Below are positions 1 through 8,476 of a stretch of DNA of 47,581 bases, one piece after another. The notes under the pieces are model-generated. The model did no database searches. It saw only the letters and a list, made by a program, of their open reading frames with translations, and was not told where the DNA came from. This stretch comes from Euryarchaeota archaeon UBA229 (GTDB taxonomy: Archaea; Thermoplasmatota; Poseidoniia; Poseidoniales; Poseidoniaceae), in NCBI GenBank assembly GCA_002505355.1, contig DAUW01000076.1:970-48550 (forward strand). Reading direction: 5' to 3'. Positions within the stretch are counted from its first letter, which is position 1. Every line of letters begins with the position of its first letter. The position numbers and the translations under genes were made by a program.

Positions 1-2
1 TA

Positions 3-245
3 ATCGCTCAAGGATACCCTGAGGAAACCGCTCGGGCATATGCGCAACAATACGCAGCACAGGCCGGATTAGGAGGTGCAGGGGCTGGAGCAGCTCAAGC
101 CGCAACAGCAACTGCCTCTAACCCTGCGATGGACGCGGCGTATCAGCAGTATTACCAGCAGTTTATCTCACAAGGGTACGATGCTCAAACTGCAGCAGCT
201 TATGCTCAACAGTATGCAGCACAATATATGCAACAGCAAAATTAG
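3..245 (+). CDS. Partial CDS (3' end only), Gln/Tyr/Ala-rich C-terminus with a repeated xIxQGYxxxTAxAYAQQYAAQ motif
   Basis: Not in the ORF track. Manual translation of the frame starting at 3 gives IAQGYPEETARAYAQQYAAQAGLGGAGAGAAQAATATASNPAMDAAYQQYYQQFISQGYDAQTAAAYAQQYAAQYMQQQN, ending at TAG 243-245. The frame is open from the window edge. Confidence 0.85.
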   Translation: MAQGYPEETARAYAQQYAAQAGLGGAGAGAAQAATATASNPAMDAAYQQYYQQFISQGYDAQTAAAYAQQYAAQYMQQQN

Positions 246-310
246 GCCTCGATAGAATTGATTGACTTGTAGGTCAATGAGTTCAAAAGAGACAGGCTGC
301 AGGCTCGTCC

Positions 311-1576
311 ATGGACAAGACTGACATGTACACAGTTGCGGATATCTCGTTAGCAGAATCAGGAGCACTCAGAGTTGATTGGGCCAGAGCCAGAATGCCT
401 GTGCTCGCTGCACTCAAAGAAGAGGCACTCAAGACTAAACCACTTGCCGGAATGAAAGTAGCAGGTTGTTTGCACGTAACCAAAGAAACTGCGGTACTCA
501 TAGAGACTATCGCAGCAGCTGGGGCTGAAATCTCGTGGTCAGGATGTAACCCATTGTCGACTCAAGATGATGTTGCTGCATGGCTGGCAGCAGAAGGATA
601 TTCTATACACGCCTGGCACGGACAGAGCGTCGAAGACTTCTACTGGTGCATTGACCGAACCCTCGAATTCAACCCAACATTGACCCTAGATGATGGAGCA
701 GATTTAATCGTTAGAGTGCACGGTGAAAAAAGTGAATACGCAGAAGGCGTAATCGGCGGAACTGAGGAAACCACCACTGGAGTCCATCGACTAAGAGCGA
801 TGGGCAAAGCGGGTGATTTGAAATACCCAGTAATTGCAGTGAACGATGCTATCACTAAGTGGGATTTTGACAATGTTTACGGCACAGGGCAATCCACAAT
901 TGATGGAATCCTAAGGGCTACATCCGTACTCATTTCAGGAAAAACCTTCGTGGTCGCGGGCTATGGACACTGTGGTAAGGGTGTAGCTATGCGTGCACAA
1001 GGAATGGGCGCGAATGTAATTATTACTGAGGTAGACCCGCTACCTGCTTTGAGAGCAGTAATGGATGGCTTTAGGGTAATGAAAATGGACGAAGCCGCAA
1101 AACATGGAGACATATTTTGTACCGCTACAGGTATGAAGGATGTTATTGTTAACCGACATTTTGCGTCGATGAAGGATGGCGCAATAATCTCCAACACCGG
1201 TCACTATGACTGCGAGATTAACATCGAGGACTTGAAGGCACAATCCGCTAGCAGCAGGACCATTAGAGACAATAATGTAGAATACACCATGAACGATGGC
1301 AGGAAGATTTACTTGCTTGCAGACGGGCGTTTAGTCAATTTAGCTGCGGCTGAAGGTCACCCATCTGAAGTTATGGATATGTCATTTGCCAACCAGTATC
1401 TTGCACTTTGCCGTCTAGCAAATGAAGGCTCGGAAATGAAACCGATAGTTTATGATATCACCACCGAACAAGACCAAGGATTAGCGGTTACCAAACTAGC
1501 AACTCTTGGCTTTTCAATCGATAATCTAACTAACGATCAAACAGAGTATCTTGACGACTACAATGCAGGAACGTGA
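311..1576 (+). CDS. ahcY: Adenosylhomocysteinase (S-adenosyl-L-homocysteine hydrolase)
   Basis: Motifs GCLHVTKETAVL, GCNPLSTQD, LDDGADL, EETTTG, FDNVYGTGQS, NAD-binding GYGHCGKG and GHPSEVMDMSFANQ. Confidence 0.98.
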   Translation: MDKTDMYTVADISLAESGALRVDWARARMPVLAALKEEALKTKPLAGMKVAGCLHVTKETAVLIETIAAAGAEISWSGCNPLSTQDDVAAWLAAEGYSIHAWHGQSVEDFYWCIDRTLEFNPTLTLDDGADLIVRVHGEKSEYAEGVIGGTEETTTGVHRLRAMGKAGDLKYPVIAVNDAITKWDFDNVYGTGQSTIDGILRATSVLISGKTFVVAGYGHCGKGVAMRAQGMGANVIITEVDPLPALRAVMDGFRVMKMDEAAKHGDIFCTATGMKDVIVNRHFASMKDGAIISNTGHYDCEINIEDLKAQSASSRTIRDNNVEYTMNDGRKIYLLADGRLVNLAAAEGHPSEVMDMSFANQYLALCRLANEGSEMKPIVYDITTEQDQGLAVTKLATLGFSIDNLTNDQTEYLDDYNAGT

Positions 1577-2617
1577 TTATTCTTCTTCATACGGTTGGGC
1601 GTCAATCAACGGCGAATCGCCATCTTCAATCACACCCATCTCATCCAAGTGAGACTCGAAATCGGGTAGTTCGATATTCCAATTTTTTGGAAGTTTGTTC
1701 TTTTCTTCAACAATTATTAGCATTCTTTCTTGCCATGCAACAGGTTTTCTTTGCAAGATATACATGTAAAGGACCGAGGTTCGAATCTCCTCTGATATTA
1801 TGCTGTAGCCTGAGGACGACTCGAAATTCATGGCTCTTAATAGATTAAACGCTGGTCTGTTAATCGTTCTGAACATATTCTTGGTAAACCTCATACCAGC
1901 AATCACTGCAATAAAGATAACAACGCTGGTTAGACAGAAAGCAGCAAGTCCTTCTCCTGCTAAGAAATTTGATAAAACAATCACGCCAAACAAAACTGGA
2001 ACAGTAATTAGCATGAAGATAGTTGTCTCGGATACTGGTGCCTTGCGCATTTTTGACTCTATTGCTAACCACCCTGGATGACGCTTTTCCCATGGTTTGA
2101 AGTGTTCATTTGAATTCTGCTGTACTGCCGTATTGAAAAGCCCCAGTAGTTGATGTACGCGTCCATACTGGCTGGTGGCGACATCCATGTTCTCGTTTAG
2201 TATCGTCTCTATTCGCTCACGACCTTCTGCGTACAAGCCAAGGTCTGCCAAGATTGTGGCTTGTTCAATCAGCGGTGTGACCTCGTAGGGAGCATGAAGT
2301 CTGACTTGTTGCCACCAATCGAGAGCGTCAATCATTAAACCAAGTTCATCGGCTAATAGTCTGCCACCGCGAACCCACATATCGATTCTTGTTGGGTCTA
2401 ATTTTACGATTGTCTTGACTGCAGTAAGCGATTTTGAAGCTTCGATAAGGCTTGCTGCCTTGCCATCAGCCAATAAATGGGCATCGGAAATTAGCTGCCA
2501 AGCATCGACATGTTCAGGGTCCAACTTGACTGCCTTGTAAGCCATGGCTAATGCGACATCTCGGTCTCCTTTGTCCAGTGCTTCGATGGCATCTAAGTAG
2601 TGATTCTCAGCACTCAT
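1577..2617 (-). CDS. TPR-repeat membrane protein (hypothetical)
   Basis: N-terminal helical TPR-like repeats (AYKAVKLDPEHVDAW, IVKLDPTRIDMW), then two hydrophobic TM segments and an acidic tail. Confidence 0.7.
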   Translation of the reverse strand: MSAENHYLDAIEALDKGDRDVALAMAYKAVKLDPEHVDAWQLISDAHLLADGKAASLIEASKSLTAVKTIVKLDPTRIDMWVRGGRLLADELGLMIDALDWWQQVRLHAPYEVTPLIEQATILADLGLYAEGRERIETILNENMDVATSQYGRVHQLLGLFNTAVQQNSNEHFKPWEKRHPGWLAIESKMRKAPVSETTIFMLITVPVLFGVIVLSNFLAGEGLAAFCLTSVVIFIAVIAGMRFTKNMFRTINRPAFNLLRAMNFESSSGYSIISEEIRTSVLYMYILQRKPVAWQERMLIIVEEKNKLPKNWNIELPDFESHLDEMGVIEDGDSPLIDAQPYEEE

Positions 2618-2642
2618 GGTTAACTGCTTGTCAATGAATTAC

Positions 2643-3512
2643 TTAATCATCGCGATTTCTCTTTCTCGACCGTGCTTTCAGTGGTTGAGGTCCTCTGTTG
2701 TGCGCATGATTTGCTGATTTACCCTTAGCCCTGCGGAATCTTCGGTTAGCATCATCTGATCGGTTTTGCTTCGGTCTTCCACCATTCCCTCCTCGACTAG
2801 GGGGTTTTGATGTTCTTGATTGGCCATGCTTAGGCTCGCCGCACCTGTTACATTCAGTTCTGAATGAAAAGTTGACGTTACCACAATTGTTGCAGGTCCA
2901 GTCGTTGTCAGCAAATGTTTTCTTTGGGCTGTTTCTATTTCGAGCTTCTCTGTTCCTTGAGTCTCTATTATTCCCGTGCCTTGAGCCATCACTGCCGCGA
3001 CGATTCGAATCGCGAAACTGGGAGTCTCTACGAAAATTATCTCGACGTTGGCGACTAAAGTTTTCATTTCTGTTGTCTCGGCGACCGCCTCCTGAATTTT
3101 CCCGGCGGTTATCTCGACGATGGTTCCTAGAATCAGGGCGTCTGTTATCTCGCCAGTGTGAACCTCGCTGATTGTCACGATGTGTTCGCTCATTGCGTCC
3201 ACGATTGTCTCGATACCGAGAATCATTCCTGTCGCTTCGTTGATAGTCAGACCTGTCACGATTTTCACCCCGAGGGGTCTTTGCGCGAATTTGCGCGTCG
3301 CAGCCGATGAAAATATCTGGGTTCATTTTTCTATCAAGGTGGGCAATATGGGCGATTGGGTTATCTGTACCACCGAGAACTGCGTCAATTTTGCCAATGT
3401 AGGTTCCATCGTCAACTTTCACTATGATAGAGCCAAGTGCTGGTGAAGACCCGGTGAACGGTGCCAAAAGTCCACCTTCGTGGCTTAGTGATTCAATAGT
3501 TGCCTTGAACAT
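2643..3512 (-). CDS. Gar1/Naf1-like H/ACA RNP subunit fused to an Arg/Asp-rich low-complexity region and a RanBP2-type zinc finger
   Basis: The first ~75 aa (GGLLA...PALGSIIV...YIGKIDAVLGGTDNPIAHI...NPDIFIG) follow the archaeal Gar1 pattern. The centre has RRDN/RDNR repeats. The finger is WTCNNCGNVNFSFRTECNRC and the tail is basic with RGG. Confidence 0.75.
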   Translation of the reverse strand: MFKATIESLSHEGGLLAPFTGSSPALGSIIVKVDDGTYIGKIDAVLGGTDNPIAHIAHLDRKMNPDIFIGCDAQIRAKTPRGENRDRSDYQRSDRNDSRYRDNRGRNERTHRDNQRGSHWRDNRRPDSRNHRRDNRRENSGGGRRDNRNENFSRQRRDNFRRDSQFRDSNRRGSDGSRHGNNRDSRNREARNRNSPKKTFADNDWTCNNCGNVNFSFRTECNRCGEPKHGQSRTSKPPSRGGNGGRPKQNRSDDANRRFRRAKGKSANHAHNRGPQPLKARSRKRNRDD

Positions 3513-3532
3513 CTAATTTACGTCCGTTGATA

Positions 3533-5506
3533 TTATTCCTCGTCTCTACGAACAAGCGCTGCTCCAAATAGGGCGATAGAAATAGTAGCGAGCATAGAAA
3601 TGCTTGGCAATGCACTAACGTCATCACCACTGGTATCATCATCAGATGCAGTACCGTCGTTGGATGAATCCTGTGCATCAGGGTCTTCAACATTGACTTC
3701 CAGTATGCTATTGATATTTGATTCATCAGTTGCGGTTATGATTACGTCATATGTGGTAATTTCCTGCATGACACATGTGGCAATAGAGACGTCTATTTCC
3801 CAGTTAATGCCTACCTGGGTGAAGTCGGTTGCGCTTGCTCCACAAAGTTGCAAAGTCATTGATACACTTTCTCCGTCAGGGTCAGATACAGTACCTTTCA
3901 GCGTAAATTGTAGCCCAGTTGCGTCCCATGTTGCGTTATTACCGTCGAAACTGGTGCGCAGAGAAATGATTGGTGGTAGGCTTTGTTTTTCTAGTCCAAA
4001 GTCAAATACATAATCAAAATTCATCATGTTGTTAGCAGTGGCACTACCCATAACCATCACCATTCCTGGCTTTAGACCGTCCATCGGTAAAGCAATAGTA
4101 ATTGGTTCATTACTTGCCATCGAAGAACGCATGGCCCCCATAACTCCATCTTGGTGTGCATGGGCGCTGACCGTCATTTCAGCTACCAAACCTGTTGGTG
4201 TGACGGTGTAGTCTATATTTTCCCCGTCAGTGATACTCGCTGCGGCAGTGAATGGCTGTCCAAAGGTGAAATCTAGTGTCTCATCTGCGGTAGCGCCAAA
4301 GGGATCTACTACGCTGCAAGTGGCTGATGATGTGCTGGTGCCCGAGGGGGAGGTAATCAATAAATTTCCAGACTCATCTTGTCTTGATTCCCAACCAGCA
4401 TCAGTAAACGAACAGTCAAGATTCCATCCATTAGAATCGGTTGCCCAACCGGACAATTCGTCCGCAGCGATAGTGAGATATTCGGTACCAGTCATTAGAG
4501 GGATGATTGAGTTATTTGCTGGTTTCATATTGGTCCATTCTGGGATATCATTCGATTCAGGCTCTGCGGTGGTGAAATCTATGAACAGGTTTCTTCCGAC
4601 CGGCCAATTAGATTTGTCATAATCAACATGCTGGTATATTCTCAGTTTACCATCGGGGAGGAATTCTTCCTCTGGTGCAGTGTAGTCTAGTCCTTCAACA
4701 AGCTCGGCACCGTCGTCTTCCATACCAAAGCCGGCGATTCTCAACCCTTGCAGTGCAGGGAATGTCATGACTAGGTCAGCATTAGTCATGTTAGTGACGT
4801 TCAGCGCTAGAGTAAAGTTGGACACTCCTTGGTTTGGTAACTGGTCAAACCTCATATTGTTATTTTCACCAGTTTTGACGAAGAGGCTAATCTGTAGGTC
4901 ATCGGTGGCGGCAACAGGGATTTCCTTGCAATCAGCTGATGCACCAAAGTTAGTACATGAACGCTCTTCTGGGTGGTTTGGCGCAACTAAGTCCACTTCG
5001 TCGAGAGCTATTCCCTCCTCGACAAATTCGAGGTCATTCCATGCAACACCGCTGTTAGTTCGGTGTGGGACGCCTTCCCTAATACCAAGTCTAGTTTCCA
5101 TATCTTCAATGCACATTGGTCCGATTTCTCGGACTGCTTCTCGCTCATCAGTACTAATCCAGCCGTTATCACCGCCAGGTGCACCATCGAATAATCCATC
5201 CAAATTTTCTCGCACAGTAGCCGAGTTGCTGCCGTTGACAAAAGCGGTTGCATCCATTTCTGCCGTAGCCCAATCAGCACCAATATCTATGTTGAATAAG
5301 GCGAAATTGTAATCGAACAGGTCTTCAAAGGTATAGCCTGAGCAATCGACATCAGACAGGCCACTACTTCCCTGTCGACCTTCGGTTTCTACCGGTTGGT
5401 TAACCGTTAATTCAGGTGCGGTAACTCCGCTGGATAAACCCATCATAATCATCATAACTAGCATGGTTATTGCGGTGACTGGAACATAGTAACTTCTAGT
5501 TGCCAT
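3533..5506 (-). CDS. Secreted acidic cell-surface protein with Ig-like segments and a C-terminal PGF-CTERM-like anchor
   Basis: N-terminal hydrophobic signal, Asp/Thr-rich beta-type body (VSDPDGE, ITATDES), D/S-rich linker, then LPSIS + TM + RRDEE. Confidence 0.7.
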   Translation of the reverse strand: MATRSYYVPVTAITMLVMMIMMGLSSGVTAPELTVNQPVETEGRQGSSGLSDVDCSGYTFEDLFDYNFALFNIDIGADWATAEMDATAFVNGSNSATVRENLDGLFDGAPGGDNGWISTDEREAVREIGPMCIEDMETRLGIREGVPHRTNSGVAWNDLEFVEEGIALDEVDLVAPNHPEERSCTNFGASADCKEIPVAATDDLQISLFVKTGENNNMRFDQLPNQGVSNFTLALNVTNMTNADLVMTFPALQGLRIAGFGMEDDGAELVEGLDYTAPEEEFLPDGKLRIYQHVDYDKSNWPVGRNLFIDFTTAEPESNDIPEWTNMKPANNSIIPLMTGTEYLTIAADELSGWATDSNGWNLDCSFTDAGWESRQDESGNLLITSPSGTSTSSATCSVVDPFGATADETLDFTFGQPFTAAASITDGENIDYTVTPTGLVAEMTVSAHAHQDGVMGAMRSSMASNEPITIALPMDGLKPGMVMVMGSATANNMMNFDYVFDFGLEKQSLPPIISLRTSFDGNNATWDATGLQFTLKGTVSDPDGESVSMTLQLCGASATDFTQVGINWEIDVSIATCVMQEITTYDVIITATDESNINSILEVNVEDPDAQDSSNDGTASDDDTSGDDVSALPSISMLATISIALFGAALVRRDEE

Positions 5507-5566
5507 AACTGCCGGTAGTCTGTACTTGTCTAATACTCTTTGGATGTCAGCGTACTATATGGTGTG

Positions 5567-6394
5567 TTATGGCTGTATCCTGGCCATACGGGACTTAAAC
5601 CAAAACCACGGCAGTATAGTCCACAATGCGGCACAAAGCCACGCTACTATAGGTGATACACCTCTGTCGATTCCTGCGATATTTGTCTCTAGCAGGTGGT
5701 GGAACACTCCATTAGGTGACAACAAGTCCAGTAGCCCTTCAATTCTTATCATGTTAGGGTCGTTCAAGTCTCCTACGTTAACCCCCGAGGCAAAAGCCAC
5801 CATCGACGTGACTAAGGCCCAAAGGAAGGTAAACAAAAACCACATGCCGACGCCAAAGGCAATGGAGGTGCCTTGGTCTTTTGAGTAAGTTGAAGCAATC
5901 AGGCTGAATATTACGTACCAAAATAGCACTAGCGCAACGGACACGAATGATGCAATAGTTTCCCAGATAACTACACCTTGACTCAACCTAGACATCACGA
6001 TGAAGATTGAAATAAGCCACAGCACCCAGACTGGAATTAGAATGGCGAACCAGTGACCTAAAGCGATTCCTAGAGCTTGCTCTTGTCTCGGCATGGGTTG
6101 GGATAATCTAACCTCTAATACTCCACTGAACCGGTCTTTACTGACACCATCAAACGATAATAACACGCCGCACATTGTGCCGGCAAAAACGATTCCTAGG
6201 CTGGTGTAGAACATCACCTCCATGACATTGTTTGGCTTAATGCCGCCCGGTAGCATGACCTCTGGGTCTGAGAACCCCCAAGCCATACCAGGAATAAACA
6301 AGGTTAGTATTGGCAGCATAATTATCATTCTTGTTGAAACTAATTTCGTTGCAACAATCCTTTGGACAATCGATAGTACTTCACGATTTAGCAT
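5567..6394 (-). CDS. ABC-2 type transporter permease
   Basis: About six TM segments, DGVSKDRFSGVLEVRLSQPMPR motif typical of ABC-2 permeases; adjacent to an ATPase. Confidence 0.88.
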   Translation of the reverse strand: MLNREVLSIVQRIVATKLVSTRMIIMLPILTLFIPGMAWGFSDPEVMLPGGIKPNNVMEVMFYTSLGIVFAGTMCGVLLSFDGVSKDRFSGVLEVRLSQPMPRQEQALGIALGHWFAILIPVWVLWLISIFIVMSRLSQGVVIWETIASFVSVALVLFWYVIFSLIASTYSKDQGTSIAFGVGMWFLFTFLWALVTSMVAFASGVNVGDLNDPNMIRIEGLLDLLSPNGVFHHLLETNIAGIDRGVSPIVAWLCAALWTILPWFWFKSRMARIQP

Positions 6395-6395
6395 A

Positions 6396-7421
6396 CTACT
6401 CTTCCTCCGAAATAGTTCTCAATGGCATCATGTTTGGCGATTGAATTTCCATGCCAATTTCCTCCACTTCCAAACCAGTTGCTTGGCACAGTAACTCAAC
6501 TATATCAGGAGTTTTACGTTTCCACTCAGTGATTACGTGGCCCGCAGCGACAAGCTTGCTAACACAGTCGTCGGGCGGATTTTGTATAACATAGTTCCAG
6601 ACAGTTTCACCTCGCAATTTTTCAATTACGCTGCCATCTACAATATATTCACCAATATCAGGTATTTCGGCGATGCTGTTTAGCTCGATCCGATTTGCTA
6701 AGCCTAACTTGCTTTCAATCTCATTAATTGAACCATTAGCGACTATTTGTCCCCGATGAATTAGCAACAATTTATCGATCAGGTTCACTAAACCACTGAC
6801 TTGGTGTGATGAAATTATTACCGATACTCCTTGTTTGGTTATCTGTTTGATCATTTTCTCTACCGATTTAGCTGCTACTGGGTCAAGACCATTGAACGGT
6901 TCATCCAAAACGAGTATTTTCGGTGCCCCCATTAGGGCTATGGCAAGGCTGAGTCTTTGTCGCATACCTTGGCTCAATTCGTCCAGTGAGGCATCAGATC
7001 TACTACTCAGACCTACTAATTTGAGCAGTTTGTGGGGAGTTGTTGAATCCTGTCTCATGTTTGAGAATTCGGTAATTGTTTGCAATACTGAGCTAGATCC
7101 TGACCACCTAACCTGTTCTGGCATGTGGCCCACTATGCTTCTCAGTTGTTTGTCAATCGACTCATTGGCGTTAGTCAAATATTGATCATTGATTTTTACC
7201 CGTCCTTCATCAATTGGCATAATGCCGGCAAGAATACGCAAAAGGGTCGTTTTCCCAGCGCCATTTGGTCCAACAAGTCCAATAATTTCCCCCTTATTTA
7301 TACTAAAATTTAGGGTAAAAACGCCCGGTCCTTTTCTTGTATTCCACGGGTTAGTGAATTTTGGACTAGGGATTCGATGACGAAAACTGACATTGACTAA
7401 CTCAATTACTTTGTCCGCCAT
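6396..7421 (-). CDS. ABC transporter ATP-binding protein (exporter type)
   Basis: Walker A GPNGAGKTT, signature LSQGMRQR, Walker B LVLDEPFNGLD, H-loop SSH. Confidence 0.95.
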   Translation of the reverse strand: MADKVIELVNVSFRHRIPSPKFTNPWNTRKGPGVFTLNFSINKGEIIGLVGPNGAGKTTLLRILAGIMPIDEGRVKINDQYLTNANESIDKQLRSIVGHMPEQVRWSGSSSVLQTITEFSNMRQDSTTPHKLLKLVGLSSRSDASLDELSQGMRQRLSLAIALMGAPKILVLDEPFNGLDPVAAKSVEKMIKQITKQGVSVIISSHQVSGLVNLIDKLLLIHRGQIVANGSINEIESKLGLANRIELNSIAEIPDIGEYIVDGSVIEKLRGETVWNYVIQNPPDDCVSKLVAAGHVITEWKRKTPDIVELLCQATGLEVEEIGMEIQSPNMMPLRTISEEE

Positions 7422-7517
7422 AACTCTGCCTAGTAGTTCAACTATGACAAATTAACTTGAAAATAACTCTACTTGGCAAACATTATTGTTCAGACGCCCA
7501 ATCATCGACATGTTGAG

Positions 7518-8402
7518 ATGCTTGCTTCGGTGATATTATCCTCGTTATTGGTAGGGGTTTTGTTTCTAATTGTCTTTCTCAAGAACAGCACCGATGAGAA
7601 TAACAAAATGACCGTACGAGAGGTATATGGCGATAAGGCACTAGAGTTGTTTCTCGCGTGTATCGCCCTACTGTGGATTCTTCCTTACGGGGCAATAGCT
7701 GTGCTCCCGCTAGCATTGTTGGTCTCAGTCATGAGTCCTGCAGGCCGCCAGGCTTGGAGCGCTCATGGTAAGTTCCGCACCTATGCAATAACCGCAATGA
7801 TAGTCATCCTACTAATGGGTGGATTAGTACCAACCTCCACACCTAAGTCTCCAGAGTCGTGGGGCCAGCCACTGTTTACGGAAAATCCCAATGCTCCACT
7901 ATATCCATCAGGCCAGCAATACACATGGTTACGTTTGCCGACAGACGGAGGGCTAAACGTTGAGATCATTCAGTCTCTTAGTATTAGAACGCCACATCAG
8001 TACGGTAAATTCTCTGCAGCGTCATCGACTTTTTCGATTGCTGACCTATTCAATATGCAAGAGTCAAGACTTGATCAAGCAATACAACTACTAGACCAGC
8101 AGATTGTATTTGATATCGATGAGGATGAAATGATGCTAGAAACTATCAACGATAAAAGAAGTCACACCTACGATATTGGCACTGAATCATACAAATTAGA
8201 TATTAGGTTGTATGAGTTAAGAAGTTTGACATTAACTTCAGACCCAAACGGATTCAAAGTAGGTGAGGTATTCTGCGTGGCTGAATCAACCTGGAGTGGT
8301 GAATTAAATATTCTCGTCGTAGTTCGACCCGTTGGTCACACGGGTTTGGAAAGTGATCGTTACGCAGAAGGGCTTACAGTACAATGGATTTCGGCCGATT
8401 AG
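7518..8402 (+). CDS. Hypothetical membrane protein
   Basis: Long ORF with 3-4 N-terminal TM segments and a soluble C-terminal domain. ATG 7518 is preferred over TTG 7473 in the ORF track. Confidence 0.65.
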   Translation: MLASVILSSLLVGVLFLIVFLKNSTDENNKMTVREVYGDKALELFLACIALLWILPYGAIAVLPLALLVSVMSPAGRQAWSAHGKFRTYAITAMIVILLMGGLVPTSTPKSPESWGQPLFTENPNAPLYPSGQQYTWLRLPTDGGLNVEIIQSLSIRTPHQYGKFSAASSTFSIADLFNMQESRLDQAIQLLDQQIVFDIDEDEMMLETINDKRSHTYDIGTESYKLDIRLYELRSLTLTSDPNGFKVGEVFCVAESTWSGELNILVVVRPVGHTGLESDRYAEGLTVQWISAD

Positions 8403-8418
8403 GGCTTAAAATTGATAG

Positions 8419-8434
8419 TTTAGGGAAACCTAAA
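8419..8434. promoter_or_regulatory. Putative DtxR/Idr-family metal-responsive operator, site 1 (TTTAGG-GAAA-CCTAAA)
   Basis: Perfect 6-4-6 inverted repeat in the intergenic region upstream of the transferrin-like gene. It fits the TTAGG-N4-CCTAA type motif known for DtxR-family regulators. Confidence 0.75.
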
Positions 8435-8444
8435 TAATATATAT
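8435..8444 (+). promoter_or_regulatory. Putative archaeal TATA box (TAATATATAT) of the transferrin-like operon
   Basis: AT-rich TATA-like element about 33-42 nt upstream of ATG 8477, between the two palindromes. Confidence 0.5.
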
Positions 8445-8452
8445 CAGACGCT

Positions 8453-8468
8453 TTTCGGGCAACCTAAA
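8453..8468. promoter_or_regulatory. Putative DtxR/Idr-family operator, site 2 (TTTCGG-GCAA-CCTAAA)
   Basis: Second copy 34 bp downstream of site 1, with 14/16 positions identical and one mismatch in the left arm; it overlaps the expected transcription start region. Confidence 0.68.
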
Positions 8469-8476
8469 GTGATACT

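Noticed and set aside
2678..3268. 196-aa alternative-frame ORF, plus the antisense ORF 2872-3171
   Set aside because: Shadow ORFs caused by the low-complexity coding region of the Gar1-zinc finger gene.
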